A stretch of 64,000 nucleotides of DNA from Actinomycetota bacterium (lineage in GTDB: Bacteria; Actinomycetota; Thermoleophilia; Gaiellales; Gaiellaceae), in the NCBI GenBank assembly GCA_005888315.1, contig VAWH01000022.1, forward strand, positions 869 through 64,868, given 5' to 3'. A program made the position numbers and the translations under genes. Below, piece by piece: positions 40,399 to 48,536 of the stretch. Position 1 is the stretch's first letter, and every line of letters begins with the position of its first letter. The notes under the pieces were generated by a model. The model saw nothing but the letters and a program-made list of their open reading frames with translations. It searched no databases and was not told the DNA's origin.

Positions 40399-40557
40399 CT
40401 AGAGCAGCATCAACCAGCTGCGCCCGCAAGCGCGGCACTGGTGGTTCTTCCGCCCGCAGCGGCGGCAGTCCCAGTACGTCCACCAGATCCACTTGAGGTG
40501 GTTGATCTCGATGACGAACAGGACGACGATCCAGAGGAGTGCGACGGTTCGGTCCAT
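40399..40557 (-). CDS. 52-aa membrane-anchored CxxC...CxxC micro-protein (not in the ORF track)
   Basis: MDRTVALLWIVVLFVIEINHLKWIWWTYWDCRRCGRKNHQCRACGRSWLMLL. Almost every third position is G or C. The overlapping 197-aa track ORF is R/P-rich shadow. Confidence 0.45.
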   Translation of the reverse strand: MDRTVALLWIVVLFVIEINHLKWIWWTYWDCRRCGRKNHQCRACGRSWLMLL

Positions 40558-40614
40558 GCTTCAGCTTCGTCATCTTGAAGGCCTAGCGCAAGGGCCGGTC
40601 GGCCCATTTCCTTG

Positions 40615-40989
40615 TCACGCGCGGGCTAGTTCGGCGACCCGCCGCGCGATGTCGTCGCGCAGCTCGCGCACCTCTTCGAGGCAGAGCCCCGCAGGATCGA
40701 CGAGGTTCCAATCGATGTACGTCTTGCCGGGTAGCACCGGACAGGCGTCGCCACAGCCCATCGTCACGACAACATCGGCCCAGGCCACGTCCTCGTTGGT
40801 AATCGGTTTGGGATTGCGCCCGGCCAGGTCGATGTCGAGCTCTTCGAGGGCCTCGACAACGGCCTGGTGGAGCTCGGCTTCGGGACGCGAGCCCGCCGAG
40901 CGCGCCTCGCCGCCGAGCCGCTCGTACAGCGCCTGTGCCATCTGCGACCGGCCGGCGTTGCCGATGCAGACGAAATACGCGCGCCTCAC
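40615..40989 (-). CDS. arsC: Arsenate reductase, LMW-PTP (thioredoxin/mycoredoxin-coupled) type
   Basis: The GTG at 40989 overlaps the arsR TGA (GTGA). CX5R loop FVCIGNAGRS and TMGCGDACP. Confidence 0.9.
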   Translation of the reverse strand: MRRAYFVCIGNAGRSQMAQALYERLGGEARSAGSRPEAELHQAVVEALEELDIDLAGRNPKPITNEDVAWADVVVTMGCGDACPVLPGKTYIDWNLVDPAGLCLEEVRELRDDIARRVAELARA

Positions 40990-41372
40990 GAGGCCACCGC
41001 CCGCTCGCGCGTGACGAGAGCGCCTTCGGGTACGGGACCGCCGCCGATTGCGAAGGCGAGCTGCTCCATCGCCTCGGGAACGAGCCGGTAGAACGTCCAC
41101 GTCCCGCGCCTGCGCGCGACCTCGATCAGCCCGGCCTCCTTGAGGACGCGCAGATGGTGCGACACCGTCGGCTGCGAGAGGCCAAGCGGTGCGGTGAGCT
41201 GGCACGTGCAGACCTCACCCGCACCCGCGATTCGGTTGACGATCGACACGCGCGCCGGGTCGGAGAGCGCTTTGAACCGCTCCGCCAGCGCCCTCGCGGA
41301 GCCTTTGGCAAGCGGCGGAGCCCCCGGTGCGCAGCACGGCTGCTCGAGAACGCGAAGCTCTTTCATTGACAC
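40986..41372 (-). CDS. arsR: ArsR/SmtB family metalloregulator
   Basis: wHTH region QPTVSHHLRVLKEAGL. Alpha-3 Cys motif EVCTCQL. N-terminal CC pair (EQPCCAPG). Confidence 0.9.
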   Translation of the reverse strand: MSMKELRVLEQPCCAPGAPPLAKGSARALAERFKALSDPARVSIVNRIAGAGEVCTCQLTAPLGLSQPTVSHHLRVLKEAGLIEVARRRGTWTFYRLVPEAMEQLAFAIGGGPVPEGALVTRERAVAS

Positions 41373-41381
41373 CCATCAATG
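41364..41381. promoter_or_regulatory. Candidate ArsR operator (inverted repeat)
   Basis: CATTGA-CACCCA-TCAATG overlaps the arsR start codon region, in the 57-nt divergent spacer. Confidence 0.3.
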
Positions 41382-41429
41382 TATCAGTTACGGTTTCCTG
41401 CATCGACAACCTTCGATGAAGGGAGGCAC

Positions 41430-41489
41430 ATGGCGGCTTGTGACTGCGATTGCGGCGGCGACTGTTGCGGCACCGGAGGCTGCTGCTGA
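41430..41489 (+). CDS. 19-aa cysteine-rich micro-ORF (metallothionein-like peptide or leader)
   Basis: GAAGGGAGG-CAC-ATG. MAACDCDCGGDCCGTGGCC then TGA. 7 of 19 residues are Cys. Third positions are mostly G/C. Divergent from arsR. Confidence 0.4.
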   Translation: MAACDCDCGGDCCGTGGCC

Positions 41490-41596
41490 TCAACTCGCCT
41501 GCCCGCGAGGGTGGCGCCGCCCTTGCGGGCCCCAGTGCCGGTCGAACTCGGGGCCGCTCTCTCGCCCCGGACAGGGCCCGCTCGGACGGGGCGCGA

Positions 41597-42520
41597 TCAG
41601 ACGTTGAAGCGAATGTTGAGCACATCCCCGTCTTCGACAACGTAGTCCTTTCCTTCGAGCCGTTGCCGGCCTCGCCTCACGACCTCCGCGCGAGAGCCCG
41701 CCTCGACGAGGTCTTTCCAGGGGATCACCTCGCAGCGGATGAAACCGCGAGCGATGTCGGTGTGGATCGTCGCCGCGGCCTCCAGAGCGGTCTGTCCTCG
41801 CCGCAGTGGCCACGCCCGGGTCTCGTTCTCGGCCGCGGTGAAGAACGAGATCAGGTCGACCGCCTCGAACAGCCGCCGCGCGATCTCGCCGACGGCACCC
41901 GGCTCTCCCTCGCGGAAGGCCGCAGCCTCCCCCTCAGGCAGCTCGGAGAGCTCCGCCTCGAGCTTTGCGTCCAGACCGCGCGGCCCGTTGTGGACCTCGA
42001 TCAAGGGCTTCGTCGTCAGCGGCTCGAGCCCGGGCGGCAGCTCGCCGGGCCACTCCGAGAGTGGTCGCTCGGCCTCCAGGTGAGCGAGTATCGCCTCGAG
42101 CTGCTCCACCTCGGCGCGCAATTGCGGGGCGCCTGACTTCGCCTGCTTTCGGACGCGCTCGAGCCGCCGCTCCACGTGGTCGCGATCGGCGATCAGCAGC
42201 TCGAGCCGGAGCGTGACCAGGTCGTCGTCCGGATTTCGCGTCCCCGACCAGGCATCGAGAACGACGAGCAGGGCATCGACTTGGCGAAGGTTCCCGAGCA
42301 GTTGCGCTCCGGTGCCCGGTACGTCGACCACGCGCACGGCGGCAGGCGTGATCTTCTTCGCGTTCTCGACCGCAGCGACCGGCTCCAGGCGCTCGTCCGG
42401 AATCGTCGCCATGCCCACGTTCTCTTTCCCCGGCACGGACGACCCGGTTCGGGTGAGCGCCTTGAAGAGCGTCGTCTTGCCGGAATTGGGCAGGCCGACA
42501 ATGCCGACCGAAAGAGCCAT
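41597..42520 (-). CDS. ychF: YchF/Obg-like ATPase (short form)
   Basis: G1 motif GIVGLPNSGKTTLF. The C-terminal TGS-like RAWPLRRGQTALEAAATIHTDIARGFIR...VEDGDVLNIRFNV. Confidence 0.85.
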   Translation of the reverse strand: MALSVGIVGLPNSGKTTLFKALTRTGSSVPGKENVGMATIPDERLEPVAAVENAKKITPAAVRVVDVPGTGAQLLGNLRQVDALLVVLDAWSGTRNPDDDLVTLRLELLIADRDHVERRLERVRKQAKSGAPQLRAEVEQLEAILAHLEAERPLSEWPGELPPGLEPLTTKPLIEVHNGPRGLDAKLEAELSELPEGEAAAFREGEPGAVGEIARRLFEAVDLISFFTAAENETRAWPLRRGQTALEAAATIHTDIARGFIRCEVIPWKDLVEAGSRAEVVRRGRQRLEGKDYVVEDGDVLNIRFNV

Positions 42521-42530
42521 GCTGCGCGCC

Positions 42531-43115
42531 TTAGTTTTTGTCGAGCTGCCGCTGCAAGGAGGCCAGCGCCCGGTGTTGGAGCGATTTGATCGCGCCCTCG
42601 GTCTTGTCGAGGATCGTCGCGGCCTCCGCGTTCGAGAAGTTGAAGACGAACTTCAGCGTCAGCACCTGCTGCTGCTCGTGCGAAAGCTTTTCGATCAGCT
42701 CCAACATGCTTTGTCTGCCGATCGCCTCGAGCGCCTCCTCTTCGGCCGCACTGCCGTCGCCGGGATCCGGCTCGGGGACCTCTTCCTCGGGCTGCCAGCG
42801 TTTGTTGGCGCGGAAGTGGTCCATCGCGAGGTTGTGCGCGATCCGGAACAGCCAGGCCGAGAAAGGCGCCGAACGCCAGCGGAACTTGCCGATCGACTCG
42901 AGCATCTTCACGAACACCTGCGTCGTCAGGTCCTCGGCGTCGTGGCGGTTGCCGACGCTCATGTGCAGGTAGCTGTAGATGCGATCGAAATGGATCAGGT
43001 AGAGCTCCTCGAGCGCTTCCCGATTCCCCTGTTTGCCGCGCTCGACGAGTCGCGCCAGCTCGTCTGACGAGACGCCGCGGCTCAGCGCGGCCGTGCCGGC
43101 AGTTTCATTCGTCAT
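42531..43115 (-). CDS. ECF-type RNA polymerase sigma-70 family factor
   Basis: Region 2 (…DAEDLTTQVFVKMLESI…FSAWLFRIAHN) and region 4 (…FSNAEAATILDKTEGAIKSLQHRAL). Confidence 0.9.
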   Translation of the reverse strand: MTNETAGTAALSRGVSSDELARLVERGKQGNREALEELYLIHFDRIYSYLHMSVGNRHDAEDLTTQVFVKMLESIGKFRWRSAPFSAWLFRIAHNLAMDHFRANKRWQPEEEVPEPDPGDGSAAEEEALEAIGRQSMLELIEKLSHEQQQVLTLKFVFNFSNAEAATILDKTEGAIKSLQHRALASLQRQLDKN

Positions 43116-43160
43116 CGTGCGAGGGATGCCCGGGCGCGCCTAACTCGTAACGCGAACGCT

Positions 43161-43400
43161 TCAGGCGCCGCTCGAGAAGCCGACCCTCGCCTCTCGTCTG
43201 AACCGCTTCACATACACGACGCGGGCGAGGGGGACCGTGTAGCGCCCGTCGTCGGCGTCCAGCGTCAGCGCCCCGTCGTTCCTGGCCGCGAGCGCCTGCT
43301 CGAGCTCATCGGCGGACTCGCTCGTCAGACGCGCGCCCATGATCTGCCCACCGTCGAAGGCGATCTCGACCGCCACGCGCTCGTCGCTAGTGGGCGCCAT
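43161..43400 (-). CDS. Small conserved protein, DUF3107-like
   Basis: 79 aa. The pattern VAVEIAFDGG...ELEQALAA...GALTLDADDGRYTVPLARVVYV resembles actinobacterial DUF3107. Confidence 0.55.
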   Translation of the reverse strand: MAPTSDERVAVEIAFDGGQIMGARLTSESADELEQALAARNDGALTLDADDGRYTVPLARVVYVKRFRREARVGFSSGA

Positions 43401-43797
43401 CCGTCACCAGCTCGGCCAGGACGCCGTGAACCGCGTCGGGGTGCAGGAACGCGACCTCGAGGCCGAAGAGACCCTGCCGCGGCTCCTCGTCGACCAGCTC
43501 GACTCCCCGCTCGGCGAGCTCGTCGATCGCCGCCCGGACGTCGGCCACCTCGTAGGCGACGTGGTGCATGCCCGGACCGCGTTTGGTCAGAAACTTACCC
43601 ACGGGTGTCTCTTCGCCGAGCGACGCCAACAGCTCGACCCGGCCCTCGCCGACCTTCAGCGAAGCGGCCTCGACGCCCTGGTCGGGAACGGTCTCGCGAT
43701 GCTCGAGGCGAGCGCCGAAGATCTGCTCGTAGGTCGTCACCGCCGCGTCGAGGTCCTCGACCGCGACGCCGAGATGATGGATCCCGCGGGCTTGCAC
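43387..43797 (-). CDS. Methylmalonyl-CoA epimerase-like VOC family protein
   Basis: GTG at 43797. IHHLGVAVEDLD...GPGMHHVAYEV.D...E is typical of MCE/glyoxalase-fold proteins. Confidence 0.8.
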   Translation of the reverse strand: MQARGIHHLGVAVEDLDAAVTTYEQIFGARLEHRETVPDQGVEAASLKVGEGRVELLASLGEETPVGKFLTKRGPGMHHVAYEVADVRAAIDELAERGVELVDEEPRQGLFGLEVAFLHPDAVHGVLAELVTDGAH

Positions 43798-43849
43798 GCG
43801 GGCGATGCTACCTGCGGCGCCCGCCTCGACCGCTGCGGCGAGAGCTCCG

Positions 43850-45370
43850 CTAGTCGGCGGGCAGCGACGAGACGACCCGGACCGTGCCGACCGTCTCGCT
43901 CGAGCGGGAATCCGGCTCGACGTCGCCGATGATGGCGTCCAGCTCTTCGCGGTCGAGCGTCTCCTTGTCGAGCAAGGCGTTGGCGATCCGGTCGAGCGTC
44001 GGGCGATGCTTGCGCAGCAGCCGCTGGGCGTCATCGTAGGCGGCGTCGGTCAGTTGCGCCTGCTGCTGGTCGCGGACCCGCTTCGTTTCTTCCGACAGGG
44101 CGTAGTTGTCGGCGCGCATCGTCCGCGAGGAAACGACCGTCGACATCCCGTACTCGAACACCATCGCGCGGGCGAGCGCGGTGACCTTTTCGAGGTCGTT
44201 CGCGGCGCCGTTCGTAACGCGGCCGAAGACGACCTGCTCGGCCGCGCGGCCGGCCAGGTAGATCTTGAGCAGGTCCTGGAACTCCTCGGTCGTGTGCAGA
44301 TAGCGCTCCTCGCTCGGCAGGTTCAGCGTGTAGCCGAGCGCCTGGCCGCGGGAGACGATCGTCACCTTCTGCACCGGGATCAGGTCGCCGACCAGGTGCG
44401 ACATCAGCGCATGGCCGCCCTCGTGGTACGCGAGGATCCGCTTCTCCTTTTCGGTGACGACGCGGCGTTTCTGCAGACCCGCGACCACACGCTCCATCGC
44501 CGCGTCGAAGTGCTCTTGGTGGACGAATTGCTGCTTCTCGCGGCCGGCGAAGATCGCGGCCTCGTTGGCGATGTTCTCGAGCTCGGCGCCGGTCAGCCCG
44601 GCCGTTTGGCGGGCGATCAGCTTCACGTCGACGTCCGCCGCGAGCGGCTTTCCCCGGGTGTGCACGCCGAGGATCTCCTCGCGTCCGGCAAGATCGGGCG
44701 CGTCGATCAGCACCTGTCGGTCGAAGCGACCCGGTCGAAGCAGCGCGGGGTCGAGATCCTGAAGCCGGTTCGAGGCGCCCATGACCACTACCTGGGCGCG
44801 TTCCTGAAACCCGTCGAGCTCGACGAGGAGCTGATTGAGGGTCTGGTCCTGCTCGCGGTTGAAGCCGTGGCCGCTGCGGGCGGCGCCAACCGCGTCGAGC
44901 TCGTCGATGAAGACGATTGCCGGCGCGTTGCGCCGCGCCTCTTCGAACAGCTTGCGGATCCGCGCGGCGCCGAGGCCGGCGAACATCTCGACGAAGGCCG
45001 AGGCGCTCTGCATGTAGAAGCTCGCGCCTGCCTCGTTCGCGATCGCCTTCGCGAGTAATGTCTTGCCCGTCCCCGGCGGCCCGTAGAGGAGGATCCCCTT
45101 CGGGACACGCGCGCCGAGCCGCTCGAACCGGCGCGGATCGCGTAGGAAGTCGACCACCTCCTGCAGCTCCTCCTTCGCCTCTTCCAGCCCGGCGACGTCG
45201 GACCAGGTCACCTTCGAGCTGGAGGTGACCGTCTTCGCGGCCGACACACGCGGCATCACCTCGAGGGTGCGCCAGAGGACGTAGACCATCAGGACCAGCA
45301 GAAACGCGAACAGGAAGGGCAGCCAGTCGGAGGCGCCGTCGCGGAAGGTGATCAGCCAGTGCATCCCCAT
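43850..45370 (-). CDS. ftsH: FtsH-family AAA+ zinc metalloprotease, short single-TM form
   Basis: Walker A GPPGTGKT, SRH region, HEGGHAL zinc site. There is only one N-terminal TM segment and no extracytoplasmic domain (506 aa). Confidence 0.9.
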   Translation of the reverse strand: MGMHWLITFRDGASDWLPFLFAFLLVLMVYVLWRTLEVMPRVSAAKTVTSSSKVTWSDVAGLEEAKEELQEVVDFLRDPRRFERLGARVPKGILLYGPPGTGKTLLAKAIANEAGASFYMQSASAFVEMFAGLGAARIRKLFEEARRNAPAIVFIDELDAVGAARSGHGFNREQDQTLNQLLVELDGFQERAQVVVMGASNRLQDLDPALLRPGRFDRQVLIDAPDLAGREEILGVHTRGKPLAADVDVKLIARQTAGLTGAELENIANEAAIFAGREKQQFVHQEHFDAAMERVVAGLQKRRVVTEKEKRILAYHEGGHALMSHLVGDLIPVQKVTIVSRGQALGYTLNLPSEERYLHTTEEFQDLLKIYLAGRAAEQVVFGRVTNGAANDLEKVTALARAMVFEYGMSTVVSSRTMRADNYALSEETKRVRDQQQAQLTDAAYDDAQRLLRKHRPTLDRIANALLDKETLDREELDAIIGDVEPDSRSSETVGTVRVVSSLPAD

Positions 45371-45433
45371 CTTGTTATCGGTGCGGGACCGCGATTCGTC
45401 AATGGTTGGAGAAGTCGTCGCGCGCGAACGTCC

Positions 45434-46471
45434 TTAGCGCCCGACCCGCGTCGCCATGCCCGGCCAGCTGGTGAGCGGGTCGGTGGAGCGAACCACGTTC
45501 ATGCCGGCAGCCTGATAGCGCTCGAACGCGGCATCAGCATCGTCTGTGTAGTCGACGACGCCCGGCACGACGACCGGCGACGTGCAGTCCTCGAGCAGGT
45601 ACGTGCGCTCCGCGAGCCGTTCTCCCACGCGCTCGTCTGCCAGCAGGTCATCGATCGTCCACGCCAAGCAGTGGCTCTTCGCCTGACCCGCCACGACGAC
45701 GGCGTCGAACGTGAGCAACTTGTCGATCAGGGCCGCGTTCTTCGTCCCCAGGGGGTCGCCGTCCGGTCCTTCGGTCACCTCGGGCCCGAGCATCGAATAG
45801 TGCTCGGTGAGCGGGTTGTCGCCCTTGACCTGGAACTCGGGATTGCTGTACCGGGCGACGCCGTGGAAGAAGACGGCCTCCTCTACGGCCGAGACGAGCG
45901 CGTGGCCGATGCCGCCCAGCATCGCGTGGTACGGCCAAACGGTGAGGTCGTACTTTCCGCCCTCGGCGAGTTGCTGTGTGTAGTGGGCGAGGTGCCGATT
46001 CGCATAGTCGGGGTCGATCCCGAGGGCCTCGGCGACCGCACTGTTCACTCTCCACCGGCCGGCGGCAATGTCATCGGCCGAGACGAGCGTGTAGGCAGCC
46101 GGGTGTTCGCCGTCCTCGTCGACCAGCCAGATCGCGTGGAAGACCTGCATCGCATGGTGGGTATCGAGGCTTGGCAGGACTTGCGTGATCTCGCCGAGAT
46201 TCCGGTAGACGAACTCGCACAGGCGGCGGTTGTCGTCGACCGCGCCGCTGCCCGAGCGCCCCGCAACGAAGAGCTCGAAGTCCGGTACGCAGAACGTGTT
46301 CTGTACGTCGACGGCGAGGAGGCCGAGACGAAAGGCGTCCTCGGCAGCCGGCCGGAGGCCGTGCTCCTCCGCCCAAGCTGCCGCCTCGCGGGCTCGCTGC
46401 TCGTACGGAACGCGCCACACCTGGCCGACGCGACTCGGGTCGAAGTGTGCCGGGAGCGGCAGCTCAGGCAT
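45434..46471 (-). CDS. Nicotinamidase/isochorismatase-family hydrolase, long form (pncA-like)
   Basis: [11 protein letters not shown] (PncA VDxQNDF motif) and GQAKSHCL (catalytic Cys region). It sits next to the NAPRTase gene. Confidence 0.7.
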   Translation of the reverse strand: MPELPLPAHFDPSRVGQVWRVPYEQRAREAAAWAEEHGLRPAAEDAFRLGLLAVDVQNTFCVPDFELFVAGRSGSGAVDDNRRLCEFVYRNLGEITQVLPSLDTHHAMQVFHAIWLVDEDGEHPAAYTLVSADDIAAGRWRVNSAVAEALGIDPDYANRHLAHYTQQLAEGGKYDLTVWPYHAMLGGIGHALVSAVEEAVFFHGVARYSNPEFQVKGDNPLTEHYSMLGPEVTEGPDGDPLGTKNAALIDKLLTFDAVVVAGQAKSHCLAWTIDDLLADERVGERLAERTYLLEDCTSPVVVPGVVDYTDDADAAFERYQAAGMNVVRSTDPLTSWPGMATRVGR

Positions 46472-46597
46472 CGCGCCCGCGCCCGGTCCACCGCCAATGA
46501 GGGGCCCGAACGCCCCCTACCGGAACGTTACGCAGCAAGTCGAGACGCGTGGATGACGCGAGTGCGACGACTGTGCGCCGATTGATCGTGCGGCGGC

Positions 46598-47683
46598 TCA
46601 TTCAACGAGTTCCAGCCGCCGGTTGGGGCGGAAACGGCGGCCGGCCTTTGCAGACGGCCGGCCGTCCGTGAGCACGACGTCCGCGGTGAAATCATTCGAG
46701 CCACGGATCAGCGACGAGCCGACGCCGTAGGAATCGACCGGGACGCCCCGCTCCTCGAACTCGCGGATCTTCTCGACGGTGAAGCCGCCGGAGACGACGA
46801 TCTTGACCCGCTCGAAGCCGTCTCGGTCGAGGGCGTCTCGCACCTTCAGTACGAGACGCTCGTTGACGCCGGTCGGCTTGAAGTCTCCCAGCTCGCCCCA
46901 CAGCGAGCGGTCGACCAGCGACTCCGAAGTGTCGAGACGGACTCCCCAGAGGCGAGGCCCAAGCGCGCGCGCCACCTCCAGCGCCGTGGAGACGGAGTCG
47001 TTCTCGAAGTCCACTAGAACGACGACGTTGAGATCCTCGGGCGACCACTCCGCGAACTTCGTCGCCGCGAGCACGGTGTTGCCGCCGTAGGCCGAGATCA
47101 GCGCGTGGGGGACCGTGCCGACGCCTTTGCCGCCCCACCAGGATGCCTGGGCGTCCGAGGTGACGCCGATCGGCGCCCCGACGACCTGGCCGGCCACGTA
47201 CGCGGCGTAGCCGTCGCCCGTCTGGACGCGGTGATGATCGTGCCGGGCGGGCATGAAGATGATCGGCTTGCCGTTCGCAGCCTCGAGCACGCGCACCACG
47301 TTCGTCGTGATCAGCGTTCGGCGCGCGAGCACGCCGAGGTAGAGCGTCTCCAGTTGCGCGAACGAGGTGTAGTCCCCCTCAATCGTCAGCACCGATTCGT
47401 ACGGCTCAACGCGGTCACCGTCGTAGAGGGCGTGGACGGTCAGATCGTCCCAGTCCGCGGAGCAGAGCTTGAGGATCGCGATCGCCTCGTCGATGCCACC
47501 GAGATGAGCATGGCGCTTCTGGAAGACCTGCATCACGACGCGAGGCCGGCGGCCATCTTCGAGCAGCGTCGCCCGGGCGTGATTGAAGTACGCGTCGGTG
47601 TAGTAGCCCTCCCGCATCTTCTCGACGGGGAGCTCGAAGACCTCGGGCGACAGCCGCTTCTTACTTCGTTCCCGCAGCTCCAT
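46598..47683 (-). CDS. pncB: Nicotinate phosphoribosyltransferase family protein
   Basis: The ATG at 47683 gives MELRERSKKRLSPEVFELPVEKMREGYYTDAYFNH.... TIM-barrel PRTase-like. The upstream 107 codons of the track ORF are S/R/P shadow. Confidence 0.75.
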   Translation of the reverse strand: MELRERSKKRLSPEVFELPVEKMREGYYTDAYFNHARATLLEDGRRPRVVMQVFQKRHAHLGGIDEAIAILKLCSADWDDLTVHALYDGDRVEPYESVLTIEGDYTSFAQLETLYLGVLARRTLITTNVVRVLEAANGKPIIFMPARHDHHRVQTGDGYAAYVAGQVVGAPIGVTSDAQASWWGGKGVGTVPHALISAYGGNTVLAATKFAEWSPEDLNVVVLVDFENDSVSTALEVARALGPRLWGVRLDTSESLVDRSLWGELGDFKPTGVNERLVLKVRDALDRDGFERVKIVVSGGFTVEKIREFEERGVPVDSYGVGSSLIRGSNDFTADVVLTDGRPSAKAGRRFRPNRRLELVE

Positions 47684-48449
47684 GTTCCAACTCCAGGCAG
47701 GCGGCGAGCGCGGCCTCGGCGACCTCGAGCTGCTCGGGGGTCGGCTCCTCGGTCGCCAGCCGGTGCTGCAGCTCGTGGCCCGGCTTGGCGAGCGCGCGCG
47801 AGAGGCCGTTGTCCGGGTTGCGGACCATCCAGCTGAAGAGCTCGGTGGCGACGCCGACGGCGCCGAGCTGAGCCGCCGCGCGAGCGGGGCCACGCAGGTG
47901 CTCAGGCGCACGCGCGGCGAGCGCACCGCCGACGGCCGAGCTGAGGAGCAGCGGGCCGACGATGTGGGAACCGCAGCGCTCGTGCTCTTTCGCCCGCGTC
48001 TCACCGTGCTCGTAGCTGCCGATCGAGATGTGCTCGGCGCCGTGGTAGGCAGCGACGTCCGAGCCCCGGACGGCGAGCGCCGCCGGCGCGAGCGAGAAGG
48101 CGCCGGCGAGGAGCTCCTGGGCCAGCGGCCTTAGCCGCGAAGTCTTGACGAGCCGTGTCGCGATCGCGCCGCCGAGCATCGTCGCGAGCACGCGGGGGCG
48201 CTCGAACGGCAGCCGCGCCTCGGGCAGTGCGCGCCGGACCTGAGGCAGCAGCAGCATCACCTCGGCGAGGCGCGCAGGGCCGCGCAGGAGCGGCTGCTCG
48301 ATCTCGGCGGCGCGGAAACTCTTGTGCGCCGACTCGACCTTCAGCTCGCCTTCTGCCGTTCGGATCGCGCAGGCCCACGCGGTCGGTCCGTGGACGAGCA
48401 CGCCGTTCGCGAGCGCCATCCCGCCGAGCCTGATCTTCTCTTCGGGCAC
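47661..48449 (-). CDS. DUF1385 family membrane-associated protein
   Basis: IRLGGMALANGVLVHGP and YHGAEH motifs. Confidence 0.8.
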   Translation of the reverse strand: MPEEKIRLGGMALANGVLVHGPTAWACAIRTAEGELKVESAHKSFRAAEIEQPLLRGPARLAEVMLLLPQVRRALPEARLPFERPRVLATMLGGAIATRLVKTSRLRPLAQELLAGAFSLAPAALAVRGSDVAAYHGAEHISIGSYEHGETRAKEHERCGSHIVGPLLLSSAVGGALAARAPEHLRGPARAAAQLGAVGVATELFSWMVRNPDNGLSRALAKPGHELQHRLATEEPTPEQLEVAEAALAACLELEHGAAGTK

Positions 48450-48536
48450 GCCGAGAGCTTAGTGGCCTGGTCGGTGACGTGGCCCGCTCTCTGGGTCGCA
48501 GGCCAGGGAGCATGGCCGGCGTTGCCGATCAGGCCA

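Noticed and set aside
41416-41607. 63-codon plus-strand ORF (MKGGTWRLVTAIAAATVAAPEAAA...) that overlaps the Cys-rich micro-ORF and runs into the 3' end of ychF.
   Set aside because: Its third codon positions are T/A-rich, unlike genuine genes in this window. Its tail is R/P/G-rich, and it overlaps the convergent ychF.
42531-43115. Anti-sigma factor partner for the ECF sigma factor.
   Set aside because: The downstream gene, 10 nt away, is clearly ychF. The upstream gene is a DUF3107-like protein. No ZAS (HxxxCxxC) or transmembrane anti-sigma ORF is visible on either side.
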